This document shows positions 19,486 to 29,020 of a stretch of 64,000 bases of DNA, in pieces. Within the stretch, counting starts at the first letter, position 1. Each line of letters starts with the position of its first letter. The DNA lies in contig JADIYM010000025.1 of assembly GCA_016705245.1 (NCBI GenBank), forward strand, positions 2,577 to 66,576. The letters are read 5' to 3'. Under the pieces are notes generated by a model. The model searched no databases and had not been told where the DNA came from. It saw only the letters and a list, made by a program, of their open reading frames with translations. The position numbers and the translations under genes were made by a program. This stretch comes from Blastocatellia bacterium (lineage in GTDB: Bacteria > Acidobacteriota > Blastocatellia > UBA7656 > JADIYM01).

Positions 19486-21252
19486 TCAACCCAGCTGGCT
19501 GTCGGCAACCTCGACCGAGTCTGCACCGGAGCGCCGCCGCAGGAATGCCTCGCCGGCAAAGAGCAACGGCAGCACGAACGCCCACCAGATTCCGCGCGCT
19601 GGCCGGATAGTCTCGATCGCCTCGGCAGTCGCGGGCGTCCCAAGTGTCTCGAGGAGCGCTTCCGCGCTGCCATCGCGCACGAGTCCGCCTCCACGGGCCG
19701 CCAGCGCCGTCGCGGCGGCCGCCTCCGTCGACGGATCGGGCGCTCCGGCACTTCCATCATCCGTGACCACCTCGACCCGAGCCGTCGCTGTTTCTCGTCC
19801 GTCGATCTCCGCCGTCACGAGCCACGTCCCCGGCAAAGGCAACACGGCGCTCGCCACAAACCTGCCGGGATCAACGACGTCTGGCACGAATCGAACATCG
19901 ACCGTGGATCCCGGTCCGGGATCGGTCCCCGTCTCCAGCGGCGATTCGAGCACCGCACGGCCTTCGATTCGCGCCGCGGCCAATGCCGACCAGTCTGCCG
20001 CACGAGCTTCGAGGATCAACCGCGCCGGCGCTCCGGTCGAAACGGCCGTCCGCTCGGCCCACAAGCGAGATCGCTCACGCGCTCCAGCGGCAGTCCAGCC
20101 GACAAGTCCCGTCCAGAACTTCGCCGAGACGTCCTCGAGCTCGGCAGTCGCGCCGACGCTCAGCCGCCAGGTGTCCGGCGCCGCAACAAACGTCACGCGC
20201 CCAGCCCCAAAACGCTGCGCTACGACGAGCGGCGCGCGATTCGCCGACGCGCCGTCGACGGCAATTGCTTCGGCGCCCGCAGCGAGCGCACCAACTTTCA
20301 CATAGGCGTTCCCGAGTTTCTGAAGCAGCCGGAGCGCCGTTGCAGGCTCGTCGCCCAGCATGGCGAACGCGGGATGGGCGCTGAACCCGTCGGCCGGGAC
20401 GAGCTCGACCGAGCCCCCGGCCTCGTCACCTTGCCCATCGGCACGGCCGAGACGGCTCGCTGGTATCTCGACCGGCAGCAATTTCGCAAGCGGCCCGCTA
20501 GCCGTGATCGCCGAGCCCGCGAAAGCATTCCCACCGAGCACGACGAGCCCGCCGCCCCTCGAATCCACGAACCGGACCACACGCGCCGCGTCGGCCTCCG
20601 GCAGCGCTGCCGCGTCGAGAGGGCCAAGGACGATTGCATCGTAGCCGAAGAGCCGCCGCTCGTCGCCGAGCACCGCCCGCAGCGAGGCAGGTCCGGCGCC
20701 GGTCGACGAGGGCTTTGCTTTTCCAGCCGAGACCGTCTCGCCATCCGCCGCGCGAACGTCGACGACCGCTTCCCTGCTGACGCTCGTCGCGTAGTCCACG
20801 CGGATCGTCTGGTCCTTTTCGAGCGCGCGCCGAACGAACTTAACCTCCCACGACGGGGCGCTCTCGACGAAAAGTATGCGCCGCTGGCCGGGTTCCAGCT
20901 CGATCCAGCGCTCGAGACGATTGTCGGCAAGCGATACTTCTCCGGTCACGCCGGCCGCTCCGACGGTCACTTTCTGCCAGCCGGCGCTCTGCAAGATCGC
21001 ACCGAGTGCGAGTGTGAACGTCTCGTCGGGTCCGGCAATGTCGCGTGAGACCGACCGGGCAACGCGAGCGCCGTCCGACAGTGTCACGACCACTTTCCGA
21101 CCTGCCGCGCCTCGGGCGCGAATTGTCGCAATCGCCTCGACCGGCGAGCCGCTGGCCGCGCGAGCCGGTAACTGGACCGAGAGTACCGACAGGTCAGGCA
21201 CTGCCGGATCGCGCGGCGGGGTCACGGCAACGACGCGTCCCGAAGGAAGCAT
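19486..21252 (-). CDS. Hypothetical large exported or membrane-anchored protein (C-terminal TM) in the BatA/DUF58-type neighbourhood
   Basis: 588-aa ORF with a C-terminal hydrophobic segment (IWWAFVLPLLFAGEAFLRRR). No family recognised with confidence. It may be fused to the upstream 158-aa ORF through a frameshift. Confidence 0.5.
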   Translation of the reverse strand: MLPSGRVVAVTPPRDPAVPDLSVLSVQLPARAASGSPVEAIATIRARGAAGRKVVVTLSDGARVARSVSRDIAGPDETFTLALGAILQSAGWQKVTVGAAGVTGEVSLADNRLERWIELEPGQRRILFVESAPSWEVKFVRRALEKDQTIRVDYATSVSREAVVDVRAADGETVSAGKAKPSSTGAGPASLRAVLGDERRLFGYDAIVLGPLDAAALPEADAARVVRFVDSRGGGLVVLGGNAFAGSAITASGPLAKLLPVEIPASRLGRADGQGDEAGGSVELVPADGFSAHPAFAMLGDEPATALRLLQKLGNAYVKVGALAAGAEAIAVDGASANRAPLVVAQRFGAGRVTFVAAPDTWRLSVGATAELEDVSAKFWTGLVGWTAAGARERSRLWAERTAVSTGAPARLILEARAADWSALAAARIEGRAVLESPLETGTDPGPGSTVDVRFVPDVVDPGRFVASAVLPLPGTWLVTAEIDGRETATARVEVVTDDGSAGAPDPSTEAAAATALAARGGGLVRDGSAEALLETLGTPATAEAIETIRPARGIWWAFVLPLLFAGEAFLRRRSGADSVEVADSQLG

Positions 21253-21698
21253 GGCTTCCGAACCAGGTGCCTGAGCGCAGCGAGAATCGTCGCGAACGAA
21301 TCGCCGCCGGCCTCGGTCGGCGTCCCGTGCTCACCATCGACGATCTCGAAGCGCCGGTCGAGTCCGAGCGATCGGGCCCGCTCGAGTGTCGCTGCGAGGG
21401 CAGCGCGGCGCGTTGCCCCGCCTGGAGCGTCGGGAACGTCGAGCGAGTCTCCGGCAGTCCATCGAACCACGAGCTGCGGCAGCCGATTGACCGTTCGCGT
21501 GATCTCGGGATCGGCCAGCAGCATAACTGCAAGGAAGACGAAAACTCCGCGCAGTGCCGCAATGCCCGCACGAACCCGCGTATCGCGAACTGCGGTCCGC
21601 CGCCACGCCCACCAGGCCGCGCCGACCGCCGCGACCGGAGCTGCCGCCAACAGCACCCACCCGGCCTCGCCGTGAGCCGACAGCGAAAATGCCGTCAT
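21222..21698 (-). CDS. Hypothetical membrane protein (2 predicted TM)
   Basis: 158-aa ORF with two N-terminal hydrophobic helices. Its 3' end overlaps the start of 19486..21252 in a different frame, so the two may form one frameshifted gene. Confidence 0.4.
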   Translation of the reverse strand: MTAFSLSAHGEAGWVLLAAAPVAAVGAAWWAWRRTAVRDTRVRAGIAALRGVFVFLAVMLLADPEITRTVNRLPQLVVRWTAGDSLDVPDAPGGATRRAALAATLERARSLGLDRRFEIVDGEHGTPTEAGGDSFATILAALRHLVRKPCFLRDASLP

Positions 21699-24154
21699 CG
21701 CGGCCGTTCCGCCAGCCGCCGGAAATACGCCTCGGCGCGACCACCGTCAGATGTGCGTCCGGCCGACGGGCCGCGGACAGCGGCTCGCGAATCGAGCAGC
21801 GCCGCAAGCTGCGAGGCCGCGCCGGCGAGTTCTTCGGTCACGGCCGTGAGCGCCGATCTCGCACGGCCCGTCTCGCCGGTGACCAGCGCATCGTGGAGGC
21901 GTCGCGCTTCGCCCGACGATCCCGTGAGGCGGCCCGCCACCTCGACGAGCGCCGGGTCGAAGCCGGTCTCGAGCCCGAGCAGCGCCCGCGCGATCTCGGC
22001 CGACCGCACTGCCACAGCTTCCGCGCGCTCCGCGTGCACCTGCGACGGTGATTCGGTGTCGATCGTCGATGCAATTTCGATCTGCCGGACGAGTGCGGCG
22101 AGTTGTTCCCGCATCGCGCGCTCGGCGGGAGAAAGTCCCGCGACCGCCATTCGCTCGACGCGGCCGCGGATCTCGGCCAGCTCGCCGGCGTAGCGCCGCT
22201 TCAGGTCGATTGGCTTCGTCGTCACGCGGACTCGCGAGAAATATCGCGTCGCCTTCTGCGCTTTCTTCAGAAACTCGAGCGCGCGGCGCTCGTGCGGGAT
22301 CGCCTCGGCCGTATCGGCGACGCCGAGAGCGCGTTCCGCGTCCCACATCGCGCGAATCGACACGAGCAGGTCGCGAAAGGGAGTGTTCGCCGATTCCGTC
22401 TCGTCGCCGGGTCCGTGCGTGTGCGACTCGGAACGGGCGGCGGCTGCGGCGTCGTGGGCTTCCTCGGCCTCCGCTGTCGGTTCCTCTGCGCCGTGCTCCT
22501 CGTCGTCTTCGTGGCCGGCGGCGTGGGCGGCCTCCTTCTGTGCCTCGGTGACGGCCTTCTCGTTCGTGAACGTCACGGGCGGACCGTGATCGTGCTGCCC
22601 GTGAATCTCGATGAACTGATCGAAGCTCTCCTTGAACTCGCGCTGCTCGCGGGCAAGGTTCGTCGCCTCGATCTGGTACTGCCGCGCCTGAGTCTTCTCG
22701 CGGCGTGCGTGCAGCTTGAGCGTCTTCTCGAGGATCATCCGCTGCGACACGAGGTAGCGCTGGAAGTCTTCGGGCTGCAGATCAGCAAGTGTGATCGGCG
22801 CGGGAGGATCCGGAACCGAGACCTCGAAGACGAGGCTCTCGGACATTCCGGTCGACGGGCCGGTCACGGTGTTCCTGTCCTGCGCCTCGACGTGGAAGAC
22901 GAGCGACGACCCCGGCACGATGCCGAGCCGCTCGAGGTCCAATCGGCACCGACCGCGGACTGCGCCCGAGTCGGTCCGGCCCACGGTTTGGACGGGAAGC
23001 TCACCGCGGGTGAACTCTGCCGCGTCTCCTTCACCGATGCTCCGGATCCACGAGAGTTTCATCGGTCCGAGACCGAGGTCGTCGGCGGCCTCGAACTCGA
23101 CGTCGAGCGTCCCCGGCCGGGCCTTCGCTTCGACGAGAATGTCGGCGGCAGGTTTCGTGATGCGGACGTCCGGCGCGCGGTCCTCGATGATGCGCATGGG
23201 CAGCAGGAACACGCGCCTTTCGCCGCGTGAGTCGGTCGGCCGCACGGCGATGCTGCCGGGCTCTCGCGCGACGAATGACGACGCGAGCGCGCCCCGGTCG
23301 TCGGGCTGCAGCACGGCGTCGGGCATCGCCCCGACCGTGAGCGTGGCCGCCACGGCCGGATGACCCGGAACCAGGACGACGTCGACTTGCGAGCCCGCGA
23401 GCGCGGCGATCTCGGACGGGCCGTCGAAATGCTCGGCGGCTCGACCGGCATAGGACGGTGGCGTGACCACAACTGAAAAACTGTCGGGAGCATCGACAAA
23501 ATGCGCGCCTTCGGGCACCGGTTCAGTGTTCGGGCCGCCGGGAGCGACCTCGAACCGTGGTGGCACGAGCCTGCCAGTCAGATCGTAGCCGGCAAGTGGC
23601 GACGTCAGCGCGGCGAGCCCGAGGATGCAGACGGCCGCCGACAAACGAAGCGCTCCGGCAAGTGGCGCTTCGGCGCGTGGGTCGACCGACTCGGCCTCGG
23701 CCGCCGCCGCAGTCTCGAGGCGATTGGCGACGTACGCGGGCGCCGCGCCCTGGGCGCGAAGCTCGAAGTAGCTCGCGAGAGCGTTCACCGACCGTCCGGC
23801 GTGGGCGGCTCGCCAACGCGCGACACCCGTCATCGTCCAGTCTCCGCGCGAGAGGGACCGTACACAGGCGACGACGGCAGCAGCACCGAGGCAACCGGCC
23901 GCCGCCAGTCCGGCCACGCGCCAGCCCGCCGGAATTCCGATGATCGCGTCGACGAGGATGAGCAGAATGACCGAGGCCGCGGCCGCGAACGCCCACGGGC
24001 CGGCGGATTCGACGACCGTCCGGGTCGCGAGCCGCGTCCGCAACTGTGTGAGCCGTCTGAGGTTCATCGCAGGTTCCCGTACTGATACGAATCCCGTCGC
24101 GATAGTTTCACCGGCACTTCGTACAACTTTCGGCGACCGGTAGGGCACAAACAA
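21695..24154 (-). CDS. Large hypothetical membrane-anchored protein (N-terminal TM, acidic/His-rich central linker, C-terminal coiled region)
   Basis: 819-aa ORF with N-terminal TM helices and a Glu/His/Ala-rich segment (HGQHDHGPP...EDDEEHGAEEPTAEAEEAHD). Possibly a DUF4175-like Bat-cluster protein, but I am unsure. Confidence 0.5.
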   Translation of the reverse strand: MFVPYRSPKVVRSAGETIATGFVSVREPAMNLRRLTQLRTRLATRTVVESAGPWAFAAAASVILLILVDAIIGIPAGWRVAGLAAAGCLGAAAVVACVRSLSRGDWTMTGVARWRAAHAGRSVNALASYFELRAQGAAPAYVANRLETAAAAEAESVDPRAEAPLAGALRLSAAVCILGLAALTSPLAGYDLTGRLVPPRFEVAPGGPNTEPVPEGAHFVDAPDSFSVVVTPPSYAGRAAEHFDGPSEIAALAGSQVDVVLVPGHPAVAATLTVGAMPDAVLQPDDRGALASSFVAREPGSIAVRPTDSRGERRVFLLPMRIIEDRAPDVRITKPAADILVEAKARPGTLDVEFEAADDLGLGPMKLSWIRSIGEGDAAEFTRGELPVQTVGRTDSGAVRGRCRLDLERLGIVPGSSLVFHVEAQDRNTVTGPSTGMSESLVFEVSVPDPPAPITLADLQPEDFQRYLVSQRMILEKTLKLHARREKTQARQYQIEATNLAREQREFKESFDQFIEIHGQHDHGPPVTFTNEKAVTEAQKEAAHAAGHEDDEEHGAEEPTAEAEEAHDAAAAARSESHTHGPGDETESANTPFRDLLVSIRAMWDAERALGVADTAEAIPHERRALEFLKKAQKATRYFSRVRVTTKPIDLKRRYAGELAEIRGRVERMAVAGLSPAERAMREQLAALVRQIEIASTIDTESPSQVHAERAEAVAVRSAEIARALLGLETGFDPALVEVAGRLTGSSGEARRLHDALVTGETGRARSALTAVTEELAGAASQLAALLDSRAAVRGPSAGRTSDGGRAEAYFRRLAERPR

Positions 24155-24180
24155 CGTGCAAGAAGGAGTCTAGGCACGAC

Positions 24181-24603
24181 ATGCGACGACTAACGACAAA
24201 TCTGGCGGCGCTGGTGATCCTTGTTGCGCTGCAACCGACGCCCATCGGCGCATTCACCGGAGTCACCCTGCAGGACGATGACGAGAAGCGGACGTTCGCG
24301 GTCTCATGCGTGCCGAAGGGCGGACTGACCGACGACGACCGCGAGGCCGCCGCCGCATATCTCGAAGAGAACTTCGACGATCTCGCGCCGGCGCCGAAGT
24401 CTGTCGGGAACATCGCGAGGGCGTCGCGCATCTGGACTCCGGCGTGTGCCGAGGCGGCGCAGCCGGTGCCGAAGAAGCTCGCGAAACTGTTGTCGAAGCC
24501 GGCGGATGGAACGGCGCGTTTCCTCTTCGACCGGGCGCTCGTCGTCGTCGATACGAGCTCGAACCGAATCCTCACCCGCGTCGAAGCGGGCCAGGTGAAG
24601 TGA
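24181..24603 (+). CDS. Small secreted hypothetical protein
   Basis: AAGGAG RBS, a signal peptide (LAALVILVALQPTPIGA) and 140 aa. Confidence 0.5.
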   Translation: MRRLTTNLAALVILVALQPTPIGAFTGVTLQDDDEKRTFAVSCVPKGGLTDDDREAAAAYLEENFDDLAPAPKSVGNIARASRIWTPACAEAAQPVPKKLAKLLSKPADGTARFLFDRALVVVDTSSNRILTRVEAGQVK

Positions 24604-24652
24604 CGAAGGGAGCTCACTACCAGGTAAACCCGGTCCCCGGTCTCCGTTTTTT

Positions 24653-24777
24653 GAGCCGCGAGCGGTAGCGAGCGTCCCACGGACGGTCCCTGAAATCTCA
24701 TACTCGTCGTTGCGGTAGGACAGAAGTGATCGGAACCGTTCGACCGTCCGTGGGACGCTCGCTACCGCTCGCGGCTC
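24653..24777. repeat. Palindromic repeat family P3 (GAGCCGCGAGCGGTAGCGAGCGTCCCACGGAC ... inverted), copy 1
   Basis: Arms of about 32 bp. It overlaps the 3' end of the NUDIX gene and lies between convergent genes. A second copy is at 49593-49688. Confidence 0.85.
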
Positions 24778-25381
24778 GAAAACGGGGGAAAGAACACCAG
24801 CACGTGATTCCGAGGCCGCAGCTGACGAACCAACGGATCACAGATTGAGACAGATCCCACCAGTAGAGCGCGGCGACGACGAGGGCGTGCTCGATCCGAC
24901 CTTCAGCGACTAGCGAGCGAATGCGAGAGACGGGTTCGAGCACGAGCCGCAGTTCTTCGTTGCCATCGGGTGACGGTTCGGCAACCTGCTCGACGTCAAG
25001 CGCGAGAAACGTGAAGCACCGATTCGACTGAATCGCAGGATTCGGATCCACGGTGCCGATGTGTTGCCACCGTTCGGTCGCGTAGCCCGTCTCCTCGAGC
25101 AGTTCGCGACGGCCGGCGTGCTCGGGTGTCGCGTCCTCGGCGTCGATCATTCCGCCTGGAATCTCGAGCGTCGTCCGGCGCACGCCGTGGCGGTACTGCT
25201 CCACGAGCACCATGCGGTCGTCGCGAGTGATGGCGACGACGTTGACCCAGTCGCTCGCGTCGAGAACGTAGAACTCACCCTCCCGTCCGGTTTCCTGCGA
25301 GGTCCGTCTGTGCGCGTGTAGCTTGAAGATCGGGGTGTCCGCGAGCGTGCGCGTCGCGAGGTGCTTCCAGTGCTTGATCAT
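24698..25381 (-). CDS. NUDIX hydrolase
   Basis: Nudix box GGMIDAEDATPEHAGRRELLEETG. The C-terminal roughly 25 codons are encoded by the P3 palindrome. Confidence 0.8.
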   Translation of the reverse strand: MIKHWKHLATRTLADTPIFKLHAHRRTSQETGREGEFYVLDASDWVNVVAITRDDRMVLVEQYRHGVRRTTLEIPGGMIDAEDATPEHAGRRELLEETGYATERWQHIGTVDPNPAIQSNRCFTFLALDVEQVAEPSPDGNEELRLVLEPVSRIRSLVAEGRIEHALVVAALYWWDLSQSVIRWFVSCGLGITCWCSFPRFRAASGSERPTDGRTVPITSVLPQRRV

Positions 25382-27245
25382 GACGGCAATGCTACGCCAT
25401 CAGGCTCTTCTATGCCCTCCGGCTGCCGCCGCCTGGTGCCAGCGATTGCCAACTCCGCCAGTGCCGCGATCAGTGCGATTGCGAGCAGGATCCGCCAGAA
25501 TGGCCACCGCTGTTCCGAAGCCGCGAGCGTGGCCTCAGAGCCGATTCCCGCCGGTCCCGCGGCGCGCGCGATTGCGACCGTTTCTTCCGGCGAGAGCTGT
25601 CCGGGCTCGGATTCAACCGCTGCAACGTTGACCGCCTCGAACCGGTCGTGGTCGCCGCTTCGCACCCGAAGGAACCCGGGCGCATCGAGGCGCATGGATC
25701 CGCCCGCACCGGGCGCCAGTCGGCGGCCGCCAAGCTCGACGATCGCCTCCGCTGGCAATCCCTCGATGGTGTCGCCGACATCGCGTGCGGTCACTTTCGA
25801 ACCTCCTGCCAGAAGCCGGACGAGATCCGGAAAGGCGCCGTCATAGACCAGCCGGCCGGACTGCGGTGACGCGTCGAAACCCGCGGTCGTGACCACGCCC
25901 GCGTCCAACCGCCGGCGGACGACCACCGAACGCCCGGCGCCGTCCAGCACGACCGTTTCGTCACCGATTTCGGAGACCACCGGTCGAACGAGCACCGGTG
26001 CGGCGCGCAGCGCCACGGCCGCAGGAGCCTCTGGCGATGCGGCGAGGAATAGACTCACCGATTCAGGTTCGTCGGTTGCGACGACCGGGAAGCCCTGAGG
26101 GGAGTTGCCGGCCGACGCGGTGAACACGAGCGCGGTTCCGCCGGCGCGAACCCAGGCGTCGAGCGCTGGGGACGCGCCCGATACGTCGAGCGCACGCGAG
26201 CTCACGATGGCGACCGATGCCCCTGCGAGCGCGGCGGCGTCGACACGCGGCACGACCCGGACGAGCTTCGCGCCAAAATTGACTTCGGAAGCAGCCGCGA
26301 GAAACGGACCGCCGGCGCCAGGGTCGCACACGACGACCGGACCGCGCGCACCGCAACGACGCCGTATCGCACGTCGTCGAGGTCGAACCCGTCGGGGGCG
26401 GTAACGCGAGCCGTCCAGGTCTCGCCGCTGCGACCAACGAGGATGCCGTCGCCCGCCGCACCGTCCACGAGCGGGACGGCGATCCGCGCCACTTCCCGGC
26501 CAGCGTCGCCCGATCGCACGAGCGCGCACGCGAGGCGCTCGCCATTTTCGTCGACGTCCACCTGGGTATCGGCGACGAACGCGTTCCCGAAGGCGTTTTC
26601 GACTCGAATCGTCTCGAGCGAGGCAGTTGATTCGGCCTCGACGCCGGGAGTCCACGGACCATTCGATCGCTGGAAGTCCGAGATGAGAACGATGCGTCTC
26701 TCAGAGCGCGGGGTACTCGCGAGGTGGCGATCGGCCAACGCGACGGCCGCGGCTGGCTGTCCGGCGGCTCCACCTGGCGCGTAGGACGCGAGCGCCGCCA
26801 GCGCGTCCTCGCGGGCGAGATCCCGACCGAGCCACACGACGTCCCGGTCGAATTGGGCAACGCAGGCGAGGTCGCGATCGCCGAGACGTCCGATGACTTC
26901 ACGCGCAGCAACGAGCGCGGCATCCCGGGTCTCGGTACGCCGCATGCTGGCCGAGGCATCAAGCAGCAGGACCGTCGCCGAGCCGGGCGGCACTGCGCCT
27001 CCGGTCCACACCGGATGCGCCGCAGCCAGCGCAATCAGGGCGATGACTGCGATTCGCAGAGCAAGCAGCCAGCGCCGGTTCGGAGGCGTGAGGCGGCGAA
27101 CGAGCGAGGGCGTCTCGCGAAGGAATCTCAGGCTGGGGAAGTCGAGGCGTCGCGACCTCGCGCGCCGCAGCATATGGATGACAACAGGCGCCGCGATCAG
27201 GCCGAGCGCCGCGAGCGCAAGCGGTGCTAGAAACGCGAAGGGCAT
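25378..27245 (-). CDS. BatA-like VWA-domain membrane protein, apparent frameshift near 26.34 kb
   Basis: N-terminal BatA motif (LALAALGLIAAPVVIHMLRRARSRRLDFPSLRFL), a TM helix and a VWA MIDAS motif (LLLDASASM). The two overlapping ORFs 26202..27245 and 25378..26655 are each sensible on opposite sides of about 26340. Confidence 0.6.
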
Positions 27246-28132
27246 CAGAGCCGGCCTCCGAGCAGCCGGCGGGCGCGCAGGGCCGCCGCTAGCGGCCGGT
27301 CGAGCGGTTCTGAAGTCGTGACGGGAATGAAGAGGGCGCCACAGCGGGCGCAGCCCGTCGAAAGCTCGGCGATGTGCGCATCGAGCCGCTCGCGATATGC
27401 GCGTCCAACCCGGCGCGGATCGGCGGTCAGGCGGCCGTCGCCTTCTAGCCCGACGAACTCCGTGTCTCCGCCGATCTCGAGTGAGCGCTCTACCGGATCG
27501 AGAATGTGCAGCAGCGTCACGTCGAATCCTGCGCGCGCCAGCCTGCCGATCGCGTCGACGAGGGCCTTCGCCGGCTCGTAGGCGTCCGAGAAAACGAACA
27601 CCGGCCCGCGGCGTCGCAGCCGCTCGATCAGGCCGTCGAGCGCGGCGACGAGCGAGGCGTCGCCATCGGCCACGAGGCGCTCGAGACCGAGCAGGATGGC
27701 TCGCAAGTGCCGGTCGCCGCTTCCGGCAGAGATGCGCTCCGTGCGGCCACTTCCGGCGACCGGAACGAGCGAGACGCGGTCAGACTGTCCGACGAGCAGG
27801 TAGGCAAGCGCCGCGGCCAGCATCCTTGCGACGTGGAACTTCGAGATCTCGATCGAGGTGAAGCGCATGGACGCGCTCGCGTCGACGATGAGCGTGGCCT
27901 CCAGATTCGTCTCGGCCGAGAAGAGGCGCACGTAGTATCGGTCCGTGCGTCCGTAGACCCGCCAGTCGAGAGCGCGAAGGTCGTCGCCGGCGATGTACTG
28001 ACGGTACTGCGAGAACTCGGTGCCGATGCCGCGGCTGCGGCTCGCGTGCATGCCGACCATCGTGCCGTCGACGATTGTCCGCGCGATGACGTCGAGTGAA
28101 CCGAGCCGTGCCAGCAGATGCGGATCGAGCAT
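27245..28132 (-). CDS. DUF58 family protein (MoxR-associated, VWA-like)
   Basis: Conserved DUF58 N-terminus GIGTEFSQYRQYIAGDDLRALDWRVYGRTDRYYVRLF and a VWA-like DxSxS (VDASASM). Confidence 0.75.
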   Translation of the reverse strand: MLDPHLLARLGSLDVIARTIVDGTMVGMHASRSRGIGTEFSQYRQYIAGDDLRALDWRVYGRTDRYYVRLFSAETNLEATLIVDASASMRFTSIEISKFHVARMLAAALAYLLVGQSDRVSLVPVAGSGRTERISAGSGDRHLRAILLGLERLVADGDASLVAALDGLIERLRRRGPVFVFSDAYEPAKALVDAIGRLARAGFDVTLLHILDPVERSLEIGGDTEFVGLEGDGRLTADPRRVGRAYRERLDAHIAELSTGCARCGALFIPVTTSEPLDRPLAAALRARRLLGGRL

Positions 28133-28171
28133 GTCGAGTCAGTCTACGAGTCCGGTGCATTACGGTTTCGA

Positions 28172-28270
28172 GGGAAGAGTTGACAGGATTGCAGGATTTT
28201 CAGGATTGATAGGAAAGTGAGTAATTGTGTTAATCCTGATAATCCTGCAATCCTGTCTACTCTCCTCTCC
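28172..28270. repeat. Palindromic repeat family P4 (CAGGATT-rich), copy 1
   Basis: ttgacaggattgcaggattttcaggattga...aatcctgataatcctgcaatcctgtc. It contains the TAG stop (gtctac on the minus strand) of the methyltransferase gene. An inverted copy is at 34026-34121. Confidence 0.8.
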
Positions 28271-28931
28271 GGGTCATCCAAAAGACCAGGCCGGGGAGTG
28301 TGGCGAAGCGGTCGAGGTGTGTCTCGCGGATGCGGTCGATCGTAAAGGAGCCTGCGAAGACATCCTCGACCTCGCGCGTGCGGCGGTCGCGCTCGTCCGG
28401 ATCGCCAATCGGCACACCGTCGCGGAACGCCTTCACGAACAGCAGGAAACGCGCGCCCGGAGCGGCGGCGATGGCCACGTTCCTGGCGAAAGACTCACGG
28501 TCTCGCGTGTCGAGCTGATGAAAACAGCCGCGGTCGATGAAGACGCCGAAACGACGGTCCGGAAGCGGTTCGGCGCACACGTCGGCCGCCACAAATTCGA
28601 GCTGGCCGGGAACTTCGCCGTGCGTCTTTCGGGCCAACGCAATGGCGGACGGCGCGATATCGACTCCAACAGTCGGGAATCCGCGGCTGGCCAACCACGC
28701 GGCGACATCGCCACGGCCGCAACCGACGTCGATGGCTGGCGATCCTGCGGCGAACCAACCGCCATCGACGGCCTGGACGATATCGGCCGAGACATCACGG
28801 TCAAGCCAGGGGCCGCCCGGGTCGTCCTGCTTCCAGCGAAGCTCCCAGTACGCGCGCACAAATCGGCGCCGCATGCCAGTGGGAAGCAGTGGCACCAATA
28901 GTCGCCTCAGAGCGTGAGCGGCCTTGAGCAT
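28257..28931 (-). CDS. Class I SAM-dependent methyltransferase
   Basis: Motif I VGCGRGDVAAWLA and a methyltransferase fold of the right length. Confidence 0.7.
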   Translation of the reverse strand: MLKAAHALRRLLVPLLPTGMRRRFVRAYWELRWKQDDPGGPWLDRDVSADIVQAVDGGWFAAGSPAIDVGCGRGDVAAWLASRGFPTVGVDIAPSAIALARKTHGEVPGQLEFVAADVCAEPLPDRRFGVFIDRGCFHQLDTRDRESFARNVAIAAAPGARFLLFVKAFRDGVPIGDPDERDRRTREVEDVFAGSFTIDRIRETHLDRFATLPGLVFWMTRRGE

Positions 28932-29020
28932 GCCGAGCGAGTTCTACCAGTCTGCGCCCTGTCAGGCCACGGCCCGGCAGAAGTCGTGAGTTCGCTGCCG
29001 TATACTCCCGGACAATCCCT

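Noticed and set aside
19345-21048. 567-aa + strand ORF and several other long ORFs (19391..20305, 20298..20930, 22103..23230, 21045..22193)
   Set aside because: They are antisense to, or overlap, the better-supported minus-strand genes 19486..24154. They are Arg/Pro/Ser-rich low-complexity translations and begin inside the P2 palindrome.
25378-26655. Treating 25378..26655 (425 aa) and 26202..27245 (347 aa) as two separate overlapping genes
   Set aside because: Each has a nonsense-looking terminus exactly where the other is protein-like. One BatA-like gene with a single frame change near 26.34 kb explains both.
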